Numbered from the stretch's first letter, positions 51,011 through 63,893 are shown. The stretch is DNA of 64,000 nucleotides from Tubiluchus corallicola (GCA_030141605.1 JAQGDQ010000090.1:558001-622000); one strand, 5' to 3'. Numbers and translations are program-made. Notes: generated from the letters alone by a model not told the origin.

Positions 51011-51889
51011 GTGAGTAGAGAAAATTCTTGTTGTCTGTATTTACATTGAATCGTTATTTTACACATTGAAAATGCAGTGTTTCATGCAGAAATCACTCAA
51101 CCAAAGTAGCTCAGTTAATGAAGTCGATAGTTTACTATACTCATTCTCTGTTCTCTTATGGATTACAGTGCACAACTTAACACGAACTTCTGTTTTTAGA
51201 ATTATTTTTGTAAAATTAATTCTTCTCGCTTGCAGTTAAGCTGTATTGCATAATTTGGTTTTTCTGAACGAAAACCGAGCGAATTCATTAGCATCATCAA
51301 TTTTTTGCTTAAACGCAAATGAAATTCACTTTTGCGCAATATAAATGAATCTCAAAAAATTGCATTTTGTAAGACCTAGCGGTTTTTCGTTTCTTCGTGA
51401 TTCATCCAACTGTTAAATTGCAATAGTAATGCTAATTTAAACCAAACCAGTTTCATTTTGACACGATTGATACTACAGAGGAACTTTTCAACTCACATTC
51501 ACGGCAACACTAAAAATAAACAAAATAACAGTTGTTTGCACATGTAGTTTTAGTGATACCTGTAGCTAACGTTTATGATAACATTAGGATTAAACAAAAA
51601 TATTCACGTGCAAATTTTGATGTGCTTATTTTTGTTTAATACTAGTGCTGTCTTCAAAATGAGCTCATTTGCTTACAATAATCTGACGTTAGACTAATAC
51701 TACTTTAGCGTTGATTTCTACTGTTGTTACTTTGAAATAGGCTATTCTTCACTATTAAAACTGACAGTTTAGATATTTAGTTAATGTTCTAGGAGACCAA
51801 AAATACTTAGTTCATAAAGCATGCATTAGTGTATTAAATAAGCGTCGCTGAGTTTTCAATGATAGCACTAAACTCTTATACTTTTTCAG

Positions 51890-52397
51890 TTGGCAGTGGC
51901 CGTGGCGCAAGAAACAAAGTATGGACCGGTTGTTTATTATAACTACCGTGACGCAACAACAACAGAAGCGCCCAAGGTGCCTCATGGTTTTTACATCCAG
52001 GAAGGCACACCAGAGGGCGCCACTACCAAAGATTCATCTATAATCGAAGGTTACTTTATTCCAAAAACAACAACCACAGAGGCACCAAAGATACGGGCTT
52101 ACTATGTACCGGAGGACAAAGACTCTGAAACCACAGATGCGCCTGAAATCCACGGTTACATCGTAGAAGAGGGTGCCACAACCACCAAAGCTCCCGAGAT
52201 TCACGTTTACCATGCTGTTGAAGAGACGACCACAACAGAGGCTCCTAAAATCTACGGTTATTTCGTAGAAGGTGAACGCGAAGAAGAGAAAACTACCACG
52301 GAGGCCCCAGCAGTGCACTACTATTATGCAACTGATCAACCCACTACAACCAGGGATCCTTGGCTGCCAGAACCAGTGCCAAAGAATGACATCGCTG
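51890..52397 (+). CDS. ZP protein exon 2: end of signal peptide and mucin-like TTTEAP-[I/V]-H/Y-rich repeats
   Basis: Acceptor TTTTTCAG; about 7 repeats of TTTEAP(K/E)I(H/Y)GY(Y/F)VEE type; donor G|GTAAGA, phase 1. Confidence 0.87.
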
Positions 52398-52859
52398 GTA
52401 AGATTGGAAATGCAGCAAATCTACATTTTGTCCTGTTTTACTCTCAGTTCGTAGGCAATGTTACAAAAATGAGAAAGAATATACAAAGTTCAAAAACTAA
52501 GAAAAATCTGCTACTCGTGCAAACAGACAAACAACAAAAAATAGGCACAAGAATAAAATAAAAAGAATGAAATGTGTTGCTCTGGGACACTGTATTTCAG
52601 TAAAATGTAGTTAACCCAAAATCTGTATCTTGATTTATGTGTTAATTTACTGTGAAAATTTTGCCACAAATACCTAATGGATATCCATAGTTTTCAACGT
52701 TGGAAAGCGTGCAATAAGAGTACTTCTTATTGTGTTACTGATATGAGTTAAGTTAATACAACACAATTTAGAGCAACAGTGAACTATTTTGTTAAGTGAT
52801 CATTAAAACTTAAACGATTTGTATCCATTATTGAAAATATAAACATAGTAAACATCTAC

Positions 52860-53338
52860 ATCACAATGGAGTTTATTGCCGACCATTTTCGAACAAAACT
52901 GGCCTTTATTAAGGCCTCTAAAACAATGAAATTTACCAGAATTTAGAAACAACATCGAAATATAATTCAGTAGTTTGATTGTTAAAAGATATGTGATATA
53001 ACTTTATTCTGATAATTTAACAATTTACCTTACAGACTACATATCTTGGTTGGAAACTATGTAACACTCCACAAACAAATTAACCAATATGTTAGTAGTA
53101 ACAGAACTGTCGCTATTAGGGAGCTGCCATTTTGTTACGGAATTTGTTAAGGACAAAATGACAGCTCCCTAATATTCACAGTTCTGTACTACTCACATAT
53201 TGGTTTGTTTGTTTGTAGAGTGTCACATAGTTTCCAGTTTGTAGAATTCAGTAACAAAATGGCAGCTCCCGAATATTTACAGTTCTGTTACTACTAACAT
53301 AGTGATTTGTTCGAAATCGCAATAAATTCCATTGTGAT
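52860..53338. mobile_element. Nested foldback/MITE structure in the ZP gene intron after coding exon 2
   Basis: Outer inverted repeat ATCACAATGGAGTTTATTGC...TTCGAACA (52860-52895) pairs with 53308-53338. Inner arms of about 85 bp at 53051-53135 / 53153-53236, plus a third partial arm copy at 53245-53300. Confidence 0.75.
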
Positions 53339-53568
53339 TTCTTTACGTTTATCTGCCAAATATGGATAATAACAAAGATCATACAAATTCACGAATGGTA
53401 AAGTTTTATTCTTTTTTACATGATAAAACCCGTGATGGATTTCGAAATATCTTTTTTTTTGTTTTTTTGTAAGAAAGAATAAAAATTTGCCATCCATGGA
53501 TTCGTCTATGATTTTTGTTGTATCGATTATTAAAACTAATGCGCTTTTCGATTTTTGTCTCATTACAG

Positions 53569-53759
53569 ATGTCGATATTGACTGTGACGTGTATGAGGAG
53601 AGCATCCGAGTTAGGGTTCGTTTTGAATCTGGTTTTAGAGGTATTCTTTATACAAAGAACCACTACTGGAATAAAAATTGCAAAATACACGGTGACGGCA
53701 GCAACGAAATCATATTCAATGTACCATTAGAAAGCTGTGGAACAACTAACAGGGTTATG
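53569..53759 (+). CDS. ZP protein exon 3 (start of ZP-N)
   Basis: DVDIDCDVYEESIRVRVRFESGFRGILYTKNHYWNKNC...VPLESCGT matches the cuticlin/ZP-N pattern C...FxGxIYxK...C...CG. Acceptor TTACAG, donor ATG|GTAAGT. Confidence 0.9.
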
Positions 53760-54155
53760 GTAAGTGTGCAGCTAGTTTCGATTGGATCATTTTTTCTTTT
53801 AAGTTTTTTTATTTAATTTTTTATTTTCATTTTTTTCTGTCTTTCTTTTTCATTGTTTAGGTTTTCCTTCTTCTTTATATCATCCTTCATTCATTTATTC
53901 GATAACTTATTCTTCTTCTTCCTTTTTTCCATTACGAATTTCTTTCTTTTTTTCTTTCTTTCCTATTTTATTTCTTTTTCTCCCGTCGTCCTTTTCCGCT
54001 CTTTTTCAGTTTTTTCTTGCTTTCTCCTTTTTTATTTTTCTTCGCTTCTTTCTTTTCTTTTTTCCTTCTTTCATCTGTTGTCTATTATACCAGTCATCCT
54101 CCCTGACACCCGTTTCTCCTCTCTTCCTTTTCCTCACTCATTCCCTTTCTTCTAT

Positions 54156-54164
54156 CTCTCTCTT

Positions 54165-54234
<70 letters not shown>
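54156..54234. repeat. (CT)n microsatellite at the end of a roughly 450-bp pyrimidine-rich tract (from about 53790)
   Basis: Visible repeat; it explains the spurious Phe/Ser/Leu ORF. Confidence 0.9.
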
Positions 54235-54235
<1 letters not shown>

Positions 54236-54643
54236 TAGTCACATTTTGTATATAGTATTTCTAGTTTTAGTCATTGTAAATTTTAATTGCACGTTTTTAT
54301 GGCTTTATGCTTAAATAAATAATAAACAATCAATCAATAATCACTCTTTACTCCCTCGCTTTTAACTTGCATTTATTTTATCATATTTTAGCTCTCGGTT
54401 CCGTAACCTAGCTTTACGTAATAGCAAGTGTGCCAGAACTGCGCTGCATGCTAGTGCCATCTAACAGCCAAAAATGATATAATGCTCATTCAATTTTACA
54501 AGCATGGTTATGGTTACAATTTAATTGTACTGCTTGTATAGAAAACACTAATTTATTGTTTAGTGAGTTGCTGACAGTCAAACAATTCTGCTAGAATAAA
54601 GTTACTGCAAATTTTTCTATTAGATGCCGTTTATGTGTTTTAG

Positions 54644-54807
54644 GAATCTGAGGAAGAACATGGCTACAAGTCACACATGTATGAGAATGTTCTTGTAATA
54701 ATGCCAGAAGAGTGGGGTTTCATGGACGGTAATGACGAAGCATTCCGCATCAAATGTGAATTTAGCGGCCAGAGGACAAGAAGAATCCATTACAACCTAG
54801 CTGTTCC
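54644..54807 (+). CDS. ZP protein exon 4 (end of ZP-N); absent from the ORF track
   Basis: ESEEEHGYKSHMYENVLVIMPEEWGFMDGNDEAFRIKCEFSGQRTRRIHYNLAV(P), fitting YxNxxVI...DxAFxIxCxY/F. Acceptor TTTTAG, donor CC|GTAAGT, phase 2. Confidence 0.88.
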
Positions 54808-55139
54808 GTAAGTTTTAGTCATTTAAATTCACAGGGCATTCACAGTGAGTAAATTAACCAAATCCATCTGCTTATCTGAATGTAAAGACAAGTAGCTCTA
54901 ACCGAACTATTTGCTGGTATTATATTCTTTGCTGTTTAAGGAATTCAGATATTCAGGTTACATCTAAATTACGTACGTTTTAGCGATTAACATTGTATAG
55001 GTCTTTCGCTGCATTTTAACCAAAAATATTCTAACTTTTAAACATTTATTTTATTAATTATATCTTATTATTTTTGAAAATTTTAACTTTTTACTGTAAA
55101 TATGTTTTATGAAGTTCGTGTTCGAAAATAAGTTTCTTT

Positions 55140-55374
<235 letters not shown>

Positions 55375-55599
55375 GCTGAACAATCAGCTCAAAACTTTGT
55401 AAAAGGCTGAAGCAACTGTATAACAACTGAAATGCTTATAGTTACATTAATTCTGTTCAATTCATATAACGAAATTCACAGCCGAATTTTAGGTTAGAGC
55501 ACAGACCCAACAGAGATAAAAAATTTTGACTGTGTAGTTTTTTGAACTTAATATTTTTTTTAATAATATTAATGCAATTATTAATTTCATCTTGCACAG

Positions 55600-55760
55600 T
55601 TTCATTCAGCCTGATGAGCTTTCGACCGTCGAAACTGCAACTGTTGGTCTTCCCTCGTGCTGGATGCAGATCGTGAAGGGAAAGAATCCTCTCACTTTTG
55701 GTGTTGATGAGTTGGTCTTGGGAGAAACCGCAACTCTTGTTGTTTTCCTCCATGAGCGCA
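55600..55760 (+). CDS. ZP protein exon 5 (linker and start of ZP-C); absent from the ORF track
   Basis: FIQPDELSTVETATVGLPSCWMQIVKGKNPLTFGVDELVLGETATLVVFLHER, with CWMQIxxG typical of invertebrate ZP-C. Acceptor GCACAG, donor A|GTGAGT. Confidence 0.88.
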
Positions 55761-56278
55761 GTGAGTAGAGTAAATTTGTCTAAAGCATTTGTCATGAAAT
55801 GTGAACTTAGCTTTATTTGCCAAATAACGCCTTGTTAAATTGCAATACTGTTAACCGTAAAGCATTTTAGCTGTGCTCAACTAGAAAAAACACATTTAGT
55901 TACAGTAGCATGTGAAGTTAGCAGTAGTTCTAGTTATTTATGTCTTGCACAAGTCTAAGTAAATATTTAATCAATTTCCTGAGAAATATTTTCACACATA
56001 TTTTATGTATGTTTTAAAGCCAAATTTAAGTTAAATATCACCAATTAAAATTCGCCTAGCAGTTATTATTATTAACACGAGGTTTTTCTTTCCTTCGTGT
56101 GTGTAGCCAGTATTTATTTATAGGCTTATAGTCTTCATAAATTTTTTTATAAATTGTACAGTGTAGGCCTTAATAGGCTTTAATATGTGAGTCTTTATGC
56201 AAACAATGATACTTCACAATTATTATAAATCAACATTCCTCGCGTTCAACTGATAAAATTTATGTCTTTTTCTTTCAG

Positions 56279-56375
56279 AATACTTCGACTTGACAGTGTC
56301 AGACTGCTATGCTTACGACAAAATAAGCTCTTCTGGTGAACCAAATACAAGAGTAGAACTTATTGACGATGAAGG
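56279..56375 (+). CDS. ZP protein exon 6; absent from the ORF track
   Basis: KYFDLTVSDCYAYDKISSSGEPNTRVELIDDEG, fitting FDxxVxxCxAxD...LIDxxGC. Acceptor TTTCAG, donor GG|GTGGGT. Confidence 0.88.
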
Positions 56376-56587
56376 GTGGGTACCATCAAATTTAATTTGA
56401 AAAAAATAAATTTAAATTGATTTTTAAATGCAAAATTTTTAGAAGGGATGTATATCTCCGGATTCCTGCAAATTCCAGCGCTTATCTCAGAGGACAAGAG
56501 GCCACCTTCGATACTGACGTTGGTACCGATCCCGCCACAACCATTGTATTAGGTGGCACCTGCCATTTAATGCTGGATTCTAGATTA

Positions 56588-57198
56588 TATTGGGTGGCAC
56601 AGAAAAAATGTGCCGAAATTTAAACTACAATACTATTAGAAGCAAGTGCCCTACAGAGTTGAAATTGCAGAGCTTGATATTACAATACATTGACTTTTGG
56701 CTGCGAAAGTTACAACTTTATAGTTTTTACTTACTAGTTCTACTAAAAAAATTTTTGCATTAAAAATTAATGCTTTTGCTTTTAAAACACTAGTTTAAAA
56801 GATTTTTAAAAAATTAAACAATAAATTATATCAGCTAATGGAGTTGAAAGATAGGCTTGAAGACAGTCGAGTTGACGTATATAGGGCAGCAAAACAATAA
56901 AGGAGTGTTCACCGCAGAAAATAAAACATTCATAAAGTTTTGTTGCAAAGAAAAAATGAGACTTAATCCGTTGGATTACGGTATCTGTATTTCCCTTAAA
57001 GAGAAAGTATACAATGGTACACAGAGTCGTTGATATAAATGAACGGTGGGAAGAAATGGGAAGGTATTAGCGGTGGGAAGAAATGCCTTCGTTTACTTGC
57101 AGTGAAAATGGCGGATACAAATTCAGAAGATTCCGTTATTTAGATTCTTATAACATCGTGATTAAAACTCAGGCAGATTTGTGACGCCACTTGAAATA
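56588..57198 (+). mobile_element. Internally deleted, decayed IS630-Tc1-mariner DNA transposon
   Basis: Transposase relic LNPLDYGICISLKEKVY (56962-57012; compare SPDLNPLDYxIWxxLKxKVY) and C-terminal ...CSENGG. Left end TATTGGGTGGCACAGAAAAAATGTGCCGAAATTTAAAC has a degenerate inverted match ending GACGCCAC at about 57190. Confidence 0.72.
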
Positions 57199-57518
57199 TG
57201 TCAAAAGTGTGGTTGTAGCATAACTATTTAAATAACGTAGAACTGTAACAAAAATTTCTAAATAATACAAAACTGTAACGGAAATCTCTAAATACCATTA
57301 TAGAACTGAAACAATAGTTTAACACCACTGAAAGCAGATTGCATGGTTTCAACATATCTTGCACTTTTTTAAATAGGCAAGACTGTTGACAAGCTCTAAA
57401 TGAGACCACTTTGTCAATGAATAAGAACTGCAAATGGAACTTTTAAGTTCAACAAGCAAAGTCAATGAAACAGCACTTTTATTGTAGGAACTAACTTATT
57501 GATTTCTCATTTTAAAAG

Positions 57519-57681
57519 GTGTTCAGCTAATGGAAAACTTGCTGGTGATCCAGTCCACGACAGTACCCTCAAGAGTGGTCAGAGAGCTTGGTACTTCCAC
57601 TTCAGAACGTTCAAGTTTCCAGACGAGGAAAACGTCTACTTCCAATGCCAGTGCTCAGTGTGCTACGATCATTGTTACAAG
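57519..57681 (+). CDS. ZP protein exon 7 (end of ZP-C)
   Basis: CSANGKLAGD...YFHFRTFKFPDEENVYFQCQCSVCYDHCYK, carrying the FKFPDxxxVYFQC signature. Donor AAG|GTAAGG. Confidence 0.92.
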
Positions 57682-58232
57682 GTAAGGAGTTAATAATCGT
57701 GAGTGTCTCCAGAAAAATTCGAAAGAGCGGCACAGTTGTCCAGAAAAAGTTCTGTAGTTCGAATTCTTTAGTGAAACAAAAACTCAAAAACAAAGGCAAA
57801 AAAGTGATGGCGACTTAGTAAACAACAATGAATGCACATTTTTGTACACACAAAAAATGGTAATTAGTTTTATTTTTCATTTTTTAATTCTTTGAAAGTG
57901 TGACATTTATAATTGCATTTCCTTTCGCTTTTTTCCAAAACTTACAGTTCTAAACGAAAAAAAACTCAGAAACTCAAATGTACGTCATTAAAAAATTGTT
58001 CTATATGCCTTCCTCCATTTTCGACCACTTTATGACGCCCAATCGAAAATTAGTCAATAGTTGTATAAATCTTATTTTGCCAAAGGATAACGCAAACGTT
58101 GCTCTTTTGGACGCTTTATTAATTTTCATCTATGGGCCTATGTTTTTAGTTTGCTTTCGCTTCTCCTTAAATTACCAATGCATCACCTTAAATTAATATT
58201 ACATTAATATCTTTGTAATCTTGTTATTACAG

Positions 58233-58595
58233 CCTGCTTGTTCAGCTGCTCGATACAAGCGATCAGCTACTGAGCAAGAACTTCAAGACCAGAACCAGAA
58301 CAATGAAACAGTGGAACGATTGGGCGTTTATAACAGCGTCACGGTCGTCCTGCCAGAGAATAGCCGTTACGATCCCATGCTGCCTAAACAGAGCACTGCA
58401 CTTGCGCAGAAAGATCCAGTCGATAACAACAACATCTGTGTCAGCAAAGCAAGTTTCGCCATTAGCACTGCGTTTGTTGCATCCGTTTTCTTCATAGCTG
58501 TTTTTACAGTTGTTCTTACTTGTATGAAACTGAAAACTGAAGCACTCCGCAACACTAAAACTGGTTGTGACAACATTGGCTTAAGTGCCTACTAG
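58233..58595 (+). CDS. ZP protein exon 8 (furin site, external hydrophobic patch, TM helix, short tail)
   Basis: PACSAARYKR| furin consensus, GVYNSVTVV patch, ICVSK, TM helix FAISTAFVASVFFIAVFTVVLTCM, stop TAG at 58593-58595. Confidence 0.9.
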   Translation, partial: PACSAARYKRSATEQELQDQNQNNETVERLGVYNSVTVVLPENSRYDPMLPKQSTALAQKDPVDNNNICVSKASFAISTAFVASVFFIAVFTVVLTCMKLKTEALRNTKTGCDNIGLSAY

Positions 58596-60311
58596 ATTAT
58601 ATTTATAAATATATTTCAGAAAGCAAATTCTTTATTCAAAGTTGTAAATTTGGGAAAGCATTGCCTAATATTGAGATGTAAAAACTGTTAATAAGATTTT
58701 ACCTATTAAAGTTTAACAGAGCTATTCAAGTTCCAAATATTTTATCTAGAAATCGTTGTAAAAGTGATTTTGTGTCACTGGAGTTTTTTTATCTTAATTT
58801 TTTACCGTTTCTGTTTTTTATTTTTTCCGTCTTACTGTTTTAAACATGTCACTTAAAATACATACTGATGTTAGAGTAGACGAGTAGACTTGCATCAATA
58901 TCGATCATCAATATTGTTCAAAACCTGCTATTAATGTTGATGTTTGGGTCATTGCAGTCATGTGTTAGAATGTATATGGCAATGATGTTTACCTATAATT
59001 GTTCGGCTGTAATTGCGGGTTTAAAACTACAATGCTGTGCAGCAATTAAACACTCTGCTATATAAGCCAACTGTGTATGCAATAATATAGTGTCCAAAAT
59101 AGTTGTAACTTCCAGTTATACATTTTAAATATTTTTAATTAAGCGTTAAAATTGTTTGAATAAACATGGCTAAGATTTGTTTAGTTGAAGATAGTTATAT
59201 AGTTGAAAATTAGAAGTACATGTGCTGAAATTTTTAATTATTATATGAGGTACAAACTCAACTTATATAATTTAATATTTTCTTACAACCTATTCTTATA
59301 AATGTTTTAAATATTGCGTTATAGTCTATATTAAAAATCAATAGAATATAAATTTAGCCTTAAAGTTAATTTATTTTTGAATAAAGTTGTACGTGTTCTA
59401 GGCCTAAGCTCAATCTGCGACATGCAGCTTTTTACAACATAGCCATTGACCAATATAGTCAGGAAAATGTGGCTTAACTAAATTTGAAGGTTCCCACTAA
59501 TAGCTTCCTGTTATGTTTCAGCTTTGAATCATTGCGCATCACATGTACATGTATGGAAAACAAATTTTTATGTGTTTTTACATTGCTTAAATTAGTACGC
59601 TTAGAATGAGTCGTATATACAAATATATAGAACGTACAGTTGTGCAATTTTATCATGTTTGTTAACCAGCCCAAAAGTTCATTAATAAGTGCCCAGATGG
59701 TCTGTTAGTTTTGAAATTTAAGACTTACTTCATCTTTAGTCATTGCTTTTGTTCACGAAGGCCAACCGTTAAAACTTCCAGGGACGGATGTACCGTAGCC
59801 CTGGTTACTGTTAGCAGAAGCTTTATAGCAGAAATTTTTGTCTTAAAATAATGTCGTCGATTGGAATTAGACGAAATCATTGTAGCATATACAACCATAT
59901 GTATATACCGCTTCATACTATGCAAGTGCATAAAAATCTTAAAACGGTTGAGATAATTAATGTACTTTGCTTGTATACATCAACTTAATGCAACGTTTGT
60001 GGACAATTATTGTATGAGGAACAAATTTATAAGTATTTTTCTTTTAATTAGTTTCTTTTAATAGCTTATAATTAGACCTAAATAGTTGTGCAATACCATT
60101 TCTTTATTATGTAAATAATGTTTCTTACAAGTAAATACATAAATTAGTAAAAAACTTGTTTGTTTGTATTTTTAAAATGGCGATTTTGGAAAGTAGCGAT
60201 TAATTCCATTACTCATACCGATTACTCTATAAAGTTCACCTATAAATTTCCACTGGTGACTATTATAACTAACGAAAAAAAAGATTAATCATGTGTATTC
60301 GAGACGGAAGA

Positions 60312-60370
60312 TATCGGATTTGAACCTAGAATCTTCAAGACCTAAGCAGTTGCTGCGTCTGTGCGGCCTA
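60312..60370 (-). mobile_element. Possible tRNA-derived SINE head fragment
   Basis: Minus strand has a B-box GGTTCAAATCC (60316-60326). The A-box is degenerate and no cloverleaf can be folded. Confidence 0.3.
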
Positions 60371-63300
60371 AATAGGAACGGCATTGGGCTCCTACTTATT
60401 AGGGTTTTGATCGAAATCGAAACTCCGCTCTAGTCTAGATTTTAATTTCACTTTTTTTTTAGTTTATAATTTTAATTGTTTATATTCTAATATGATCATT
60501 TTTGCGGTAATTATTAACCCGAATTAGAACGTTCAAAAACATGTAGACACAATAATAAAAGTCTAATTTTAACAGGTAAAATGCTAAAGTTAAATAGCAA
60601 TTAGAAAACAGAATTTTAAATAACCTGGGCTGTTGATTAGCATTTACAAATTGACCTACATACTAAAAATTTGCACGATATTAAACTATCATTCCTGTAG
60701 TATGCATAATTATTATATTCAGAGAACATATTCCTGTCAATATAGTTTGTTTGGTTTCTTGTAACCCTTGTTTTATAGTCACCTCTAACTGTCTGCTTCG
60801 TGTTATCATTGGGTTTAATGCAGAAAGTTACAAACTACTTCCACTCCATGCGGTAGTTTAAATCAAACGCAATTTCTTAAAAAAAACATGGTTCGTTAAG
60901 GGCAAAGTAAACAATGCCTATCAAACTAGTTTATGAAAAATAAATAAACTCATGGCATAAGGACAACCAACAAAATTATAATTAGTTACAGATTTTGTAA
61001 GTCCATAGTGAAAAAGTTAGTGGCAACAATATTTTCAGTAATTTGCGCACATTTATCTCACACACATGTTGTAGAAGTCATCTGAATTTAAATAGAGAAA
61101 TCAGCTCGAAGCAAATTTAACACCAGAGTTAACAAAACAACATGTTGGTGGCACCAGCGTTCCTAAGGAAGGGATCTTTGTTAATGTGAATAAAACGAAT
61201 TTTCTTCTGTCCGTCGTGATGTGTCAGTCATCAAATTACAAATTACATAATTATATAACGTAATCATAAATGCTTTATTTCCATTAAATTTCTGAGTAAA
61301 ATGTTTCAAACCACAAAACAACTAATAGATCATTGTAAACACTTTAATATGCTGCTGTAGATTTTAAGCTTATTAGTACATAACAATGTGTCGCATACGT
61401 GTCACTGAAATTGTAGGGCCTCCAAAATAATAAACGTTGACATTGATGACACTGAGTAACAGGATACAATCGTATTGTCGTAAATTCACTGCATTAACAC
61501 CAACATCGTTAGCTTACTTGAAAGTTGAAACCTCTGAAAAAGCAAAACGATAAAAGAGGAAGTGTGAGAAACATAGAACAAAACAACAAAAAAGAAGAAT
61601 GAGGAATAGAAACGCCAAAAAGTGTAGCACTGAGAAAAAAAACTTTGAAACGTCGGTTACCGTTTTCTGTGTATGAAGAGTTCTCGTGGACGTACTTATT
61701 TTACAGCTTACAAAACACAGCTTAAGAAGTTAGCAGACTTTAAATACAACAATAATTGAAATTTCCAGTCGTTACGACAAAATATCAGAAGTCTAATTGC
61801 CTTTATTTCTATTTTTATTTCCTTTTTGTCATAAATGACAGGCAGTAGCAACCAGTATTCATTTGAGGATAAAGTAAGTATAACTGTGTTACAAGTAACA
61901 TGTCAATAAAAAAATCACATTGTAAAAATCTATAAAATCGCATTTGGTTAAAGCAGCGCAATCAGTACAATAATAGGCCTATACTATAATATAGTAAGTA
62001 GTAGGTCCTATCATCTCATTTATCGTCAATGGATTTTGACGTGCTAAGCTGTACTAGTTTTTGTAGTTTTATGCAATAGACTAAAATCAATATATGAATG
62101 ATAATTGGAATCTGAGATCACGCCAGTGTGCCTATGGTTTCATTGTAGTTTTGTATAGTGCACGTGTGTGCTTCATCCTACACACATAATAGTTAATGGC
62201 AAATGTGCATTACGTAAAGCGTCTAACATTGGTATTTTTCCCGTCTGTGCTTTAAAACTATTAGTAATAGTGATCTGTAAACTACAGTTCCAACTGTGCC
62301 AATCACTAATAATTTACACATTAACAAATAATGAGAATCCGTAAAAAATGCCCGGATCTATATAATCCATGTAGTCCATGATGCTAGACCAGATGTTGGT
62401 ACCACATGGAGTAGCAAATTGTTATGTTGCTTTTTTGAAAGTTACATGTCTGTATATAAAAAAATTTAAAGCTAAGCTTAGTGACGGTAATGTCCGAAGT
62501 TGGCGGGGATACGACAATCACTGGAAGTCATCGGATCAGAAAAATAACACTGTTATATTCTTTGAAACACTGGAAATGACCTCTCAAAATATTGGATGTT
62601 TTACGCTTTACTTAATTATATCATTTATGTGCCAGTATGTTAATTATGAGAGCCATTAGAGGTCAAAAGGTCCCAAAATTTGACCTTACCGAAAATCTGA
62701 CTTTTGTATGAAAACCATCGTAGGTCAGTAAATAATCTACCAATTAAAAATTTCTAGCTAAAGTAGTCCAGACAGCAATTAATAGGTGTCCAAGTTAGCT
62801 TTATGCAAATTATGTAGTTTACGCAAATTAATGATGTAACATTTCCCATATATTGAGTGGTCATTTGTAGTAATTGATGTCGAACATATTGGTCTATCGC
62901 TGTCCTTCGCTGTGACGTAAGCACGCTGAGTGCATTCAGGACATCAGCTCCCGCTGAAACCAGCGTTTCACAGAACATCATACTTTTCATTTTTCTCGGT
63001 TTGCAAAGCGAACCGTTTAGAATCCATTCTGCCCGTCTGAAAAAAATCACTTGGTAACTTACTGAAAAATGAATCCTTCGTTTACGTCTCCGCCATTGTA
63101 CTCAAGGGCCATTTCGAGTATATCAGAAGAGGACAGGATTTGGTGAACTCGTTGCAGGCTATCCGCTCATAGACTTCTTGTAGATACTGTAAGATGGAGG
63201 CAGAGACCAAAACATACGCGCATATGTGACTGACTGCACTGCACGCTGGGTGGTAGTGATGCTATGCCATTGTGAAAAAAAAACCTGTTTTGATAGAGGC

Positions 63301-63696
63301 AAGACAGTTTCTAACGATATTAACAAGGACTCTATTAACATCAGGGCACTAAGCTAGTCATTAATCTTGTATCTAATTATTTCAAGTTATTTTAATCGTT
63401 AATTGATCGATTTGAATATTTGTTCTTGTTGAACTATAATTTCTCTTTGTTAAGTTCTTACCCTGTAACTATTAGTCAATAAATCTAATCTAATCACATA
63501 CTTTAATTTTTGATTTTTAGTCGGCCTTCCAACTTCGGACAGTGATTACTACCATAAAAAAGGCTGACTAAAGTTTTTTCACCTGAACACCTATATATAT
63601 ATTTCAAGAAAGCAATGTTAGAATCTTCCACTTCACATGACTTTGCCACTCAACTCCGGGGTCTAGCTCATGGAATAAAAAGCTTAAGAGTGAAGC

Positions 63697-63893
63697 CTAG
63701 ACCATGTGAATCTTCATTCGTTCTTTGATGACTGCTTCGCACACTGGACATTGCGTCAGGTTTGTAGCGCAGTCGTTGCAGGTTAGGAAATGCCCGCATG
63801 GCTCGAGGGACGTGTCTATTGGGCTCTCCACACAAATCTTGCAAAGATGTGGATATCGTGGTTCTACGTTTTGATCCATTTGTATCATTCCGA
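63697..63893 (-). CDS. Terminal exon of a C-terminal RING-HC E3 ligase (IAP/RNF34/MYLIP-type RING); gene continues beyond the window
   Basis: CKICVESPIDTSLEPCGHFLTCNDCATNLTQCPVCEAVIKERMKIHMV* (C-x2-C-x11-C-x-H-x3-C-x2-C-x6-C-x2-C). Acceptor TTCTTTTTTGTTGATTCGTTAG on the minus strand, with AG at 63895-63894. Confidence 0.88.

Noticed and set aside
52398-52561. 3' extension of the 223-aa ORF past IAG
   Set aside because: Read-through into the intron after the G|GTAAGA donor; composition changes abruptly.
53853-54314. Hydrophobic 153-aa ORF resembling a membrane protein
   Set aside because: It is the translation of a polypyrimidine/(CT)n tract inside a ZP intron.
55611-55650. CTGATGA...GAAAC hammerhead-like boxes
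   Set aside because: They lie within ZP coding exon 5 and stem II cannot form; explained by codons.
60312-60385. tRNA gene
   Set aside because: Only a B-box is recognisable, with no acceptor or anticodon stems; at most a SINE relic.
62754-63341. Short minus-strand ORFs and a possible THAP-like or promoter-like segment
   Set aside because: No recognisable domain and no consistent splice sites; it could be UTR, promoter or repeat but cannot be supported.
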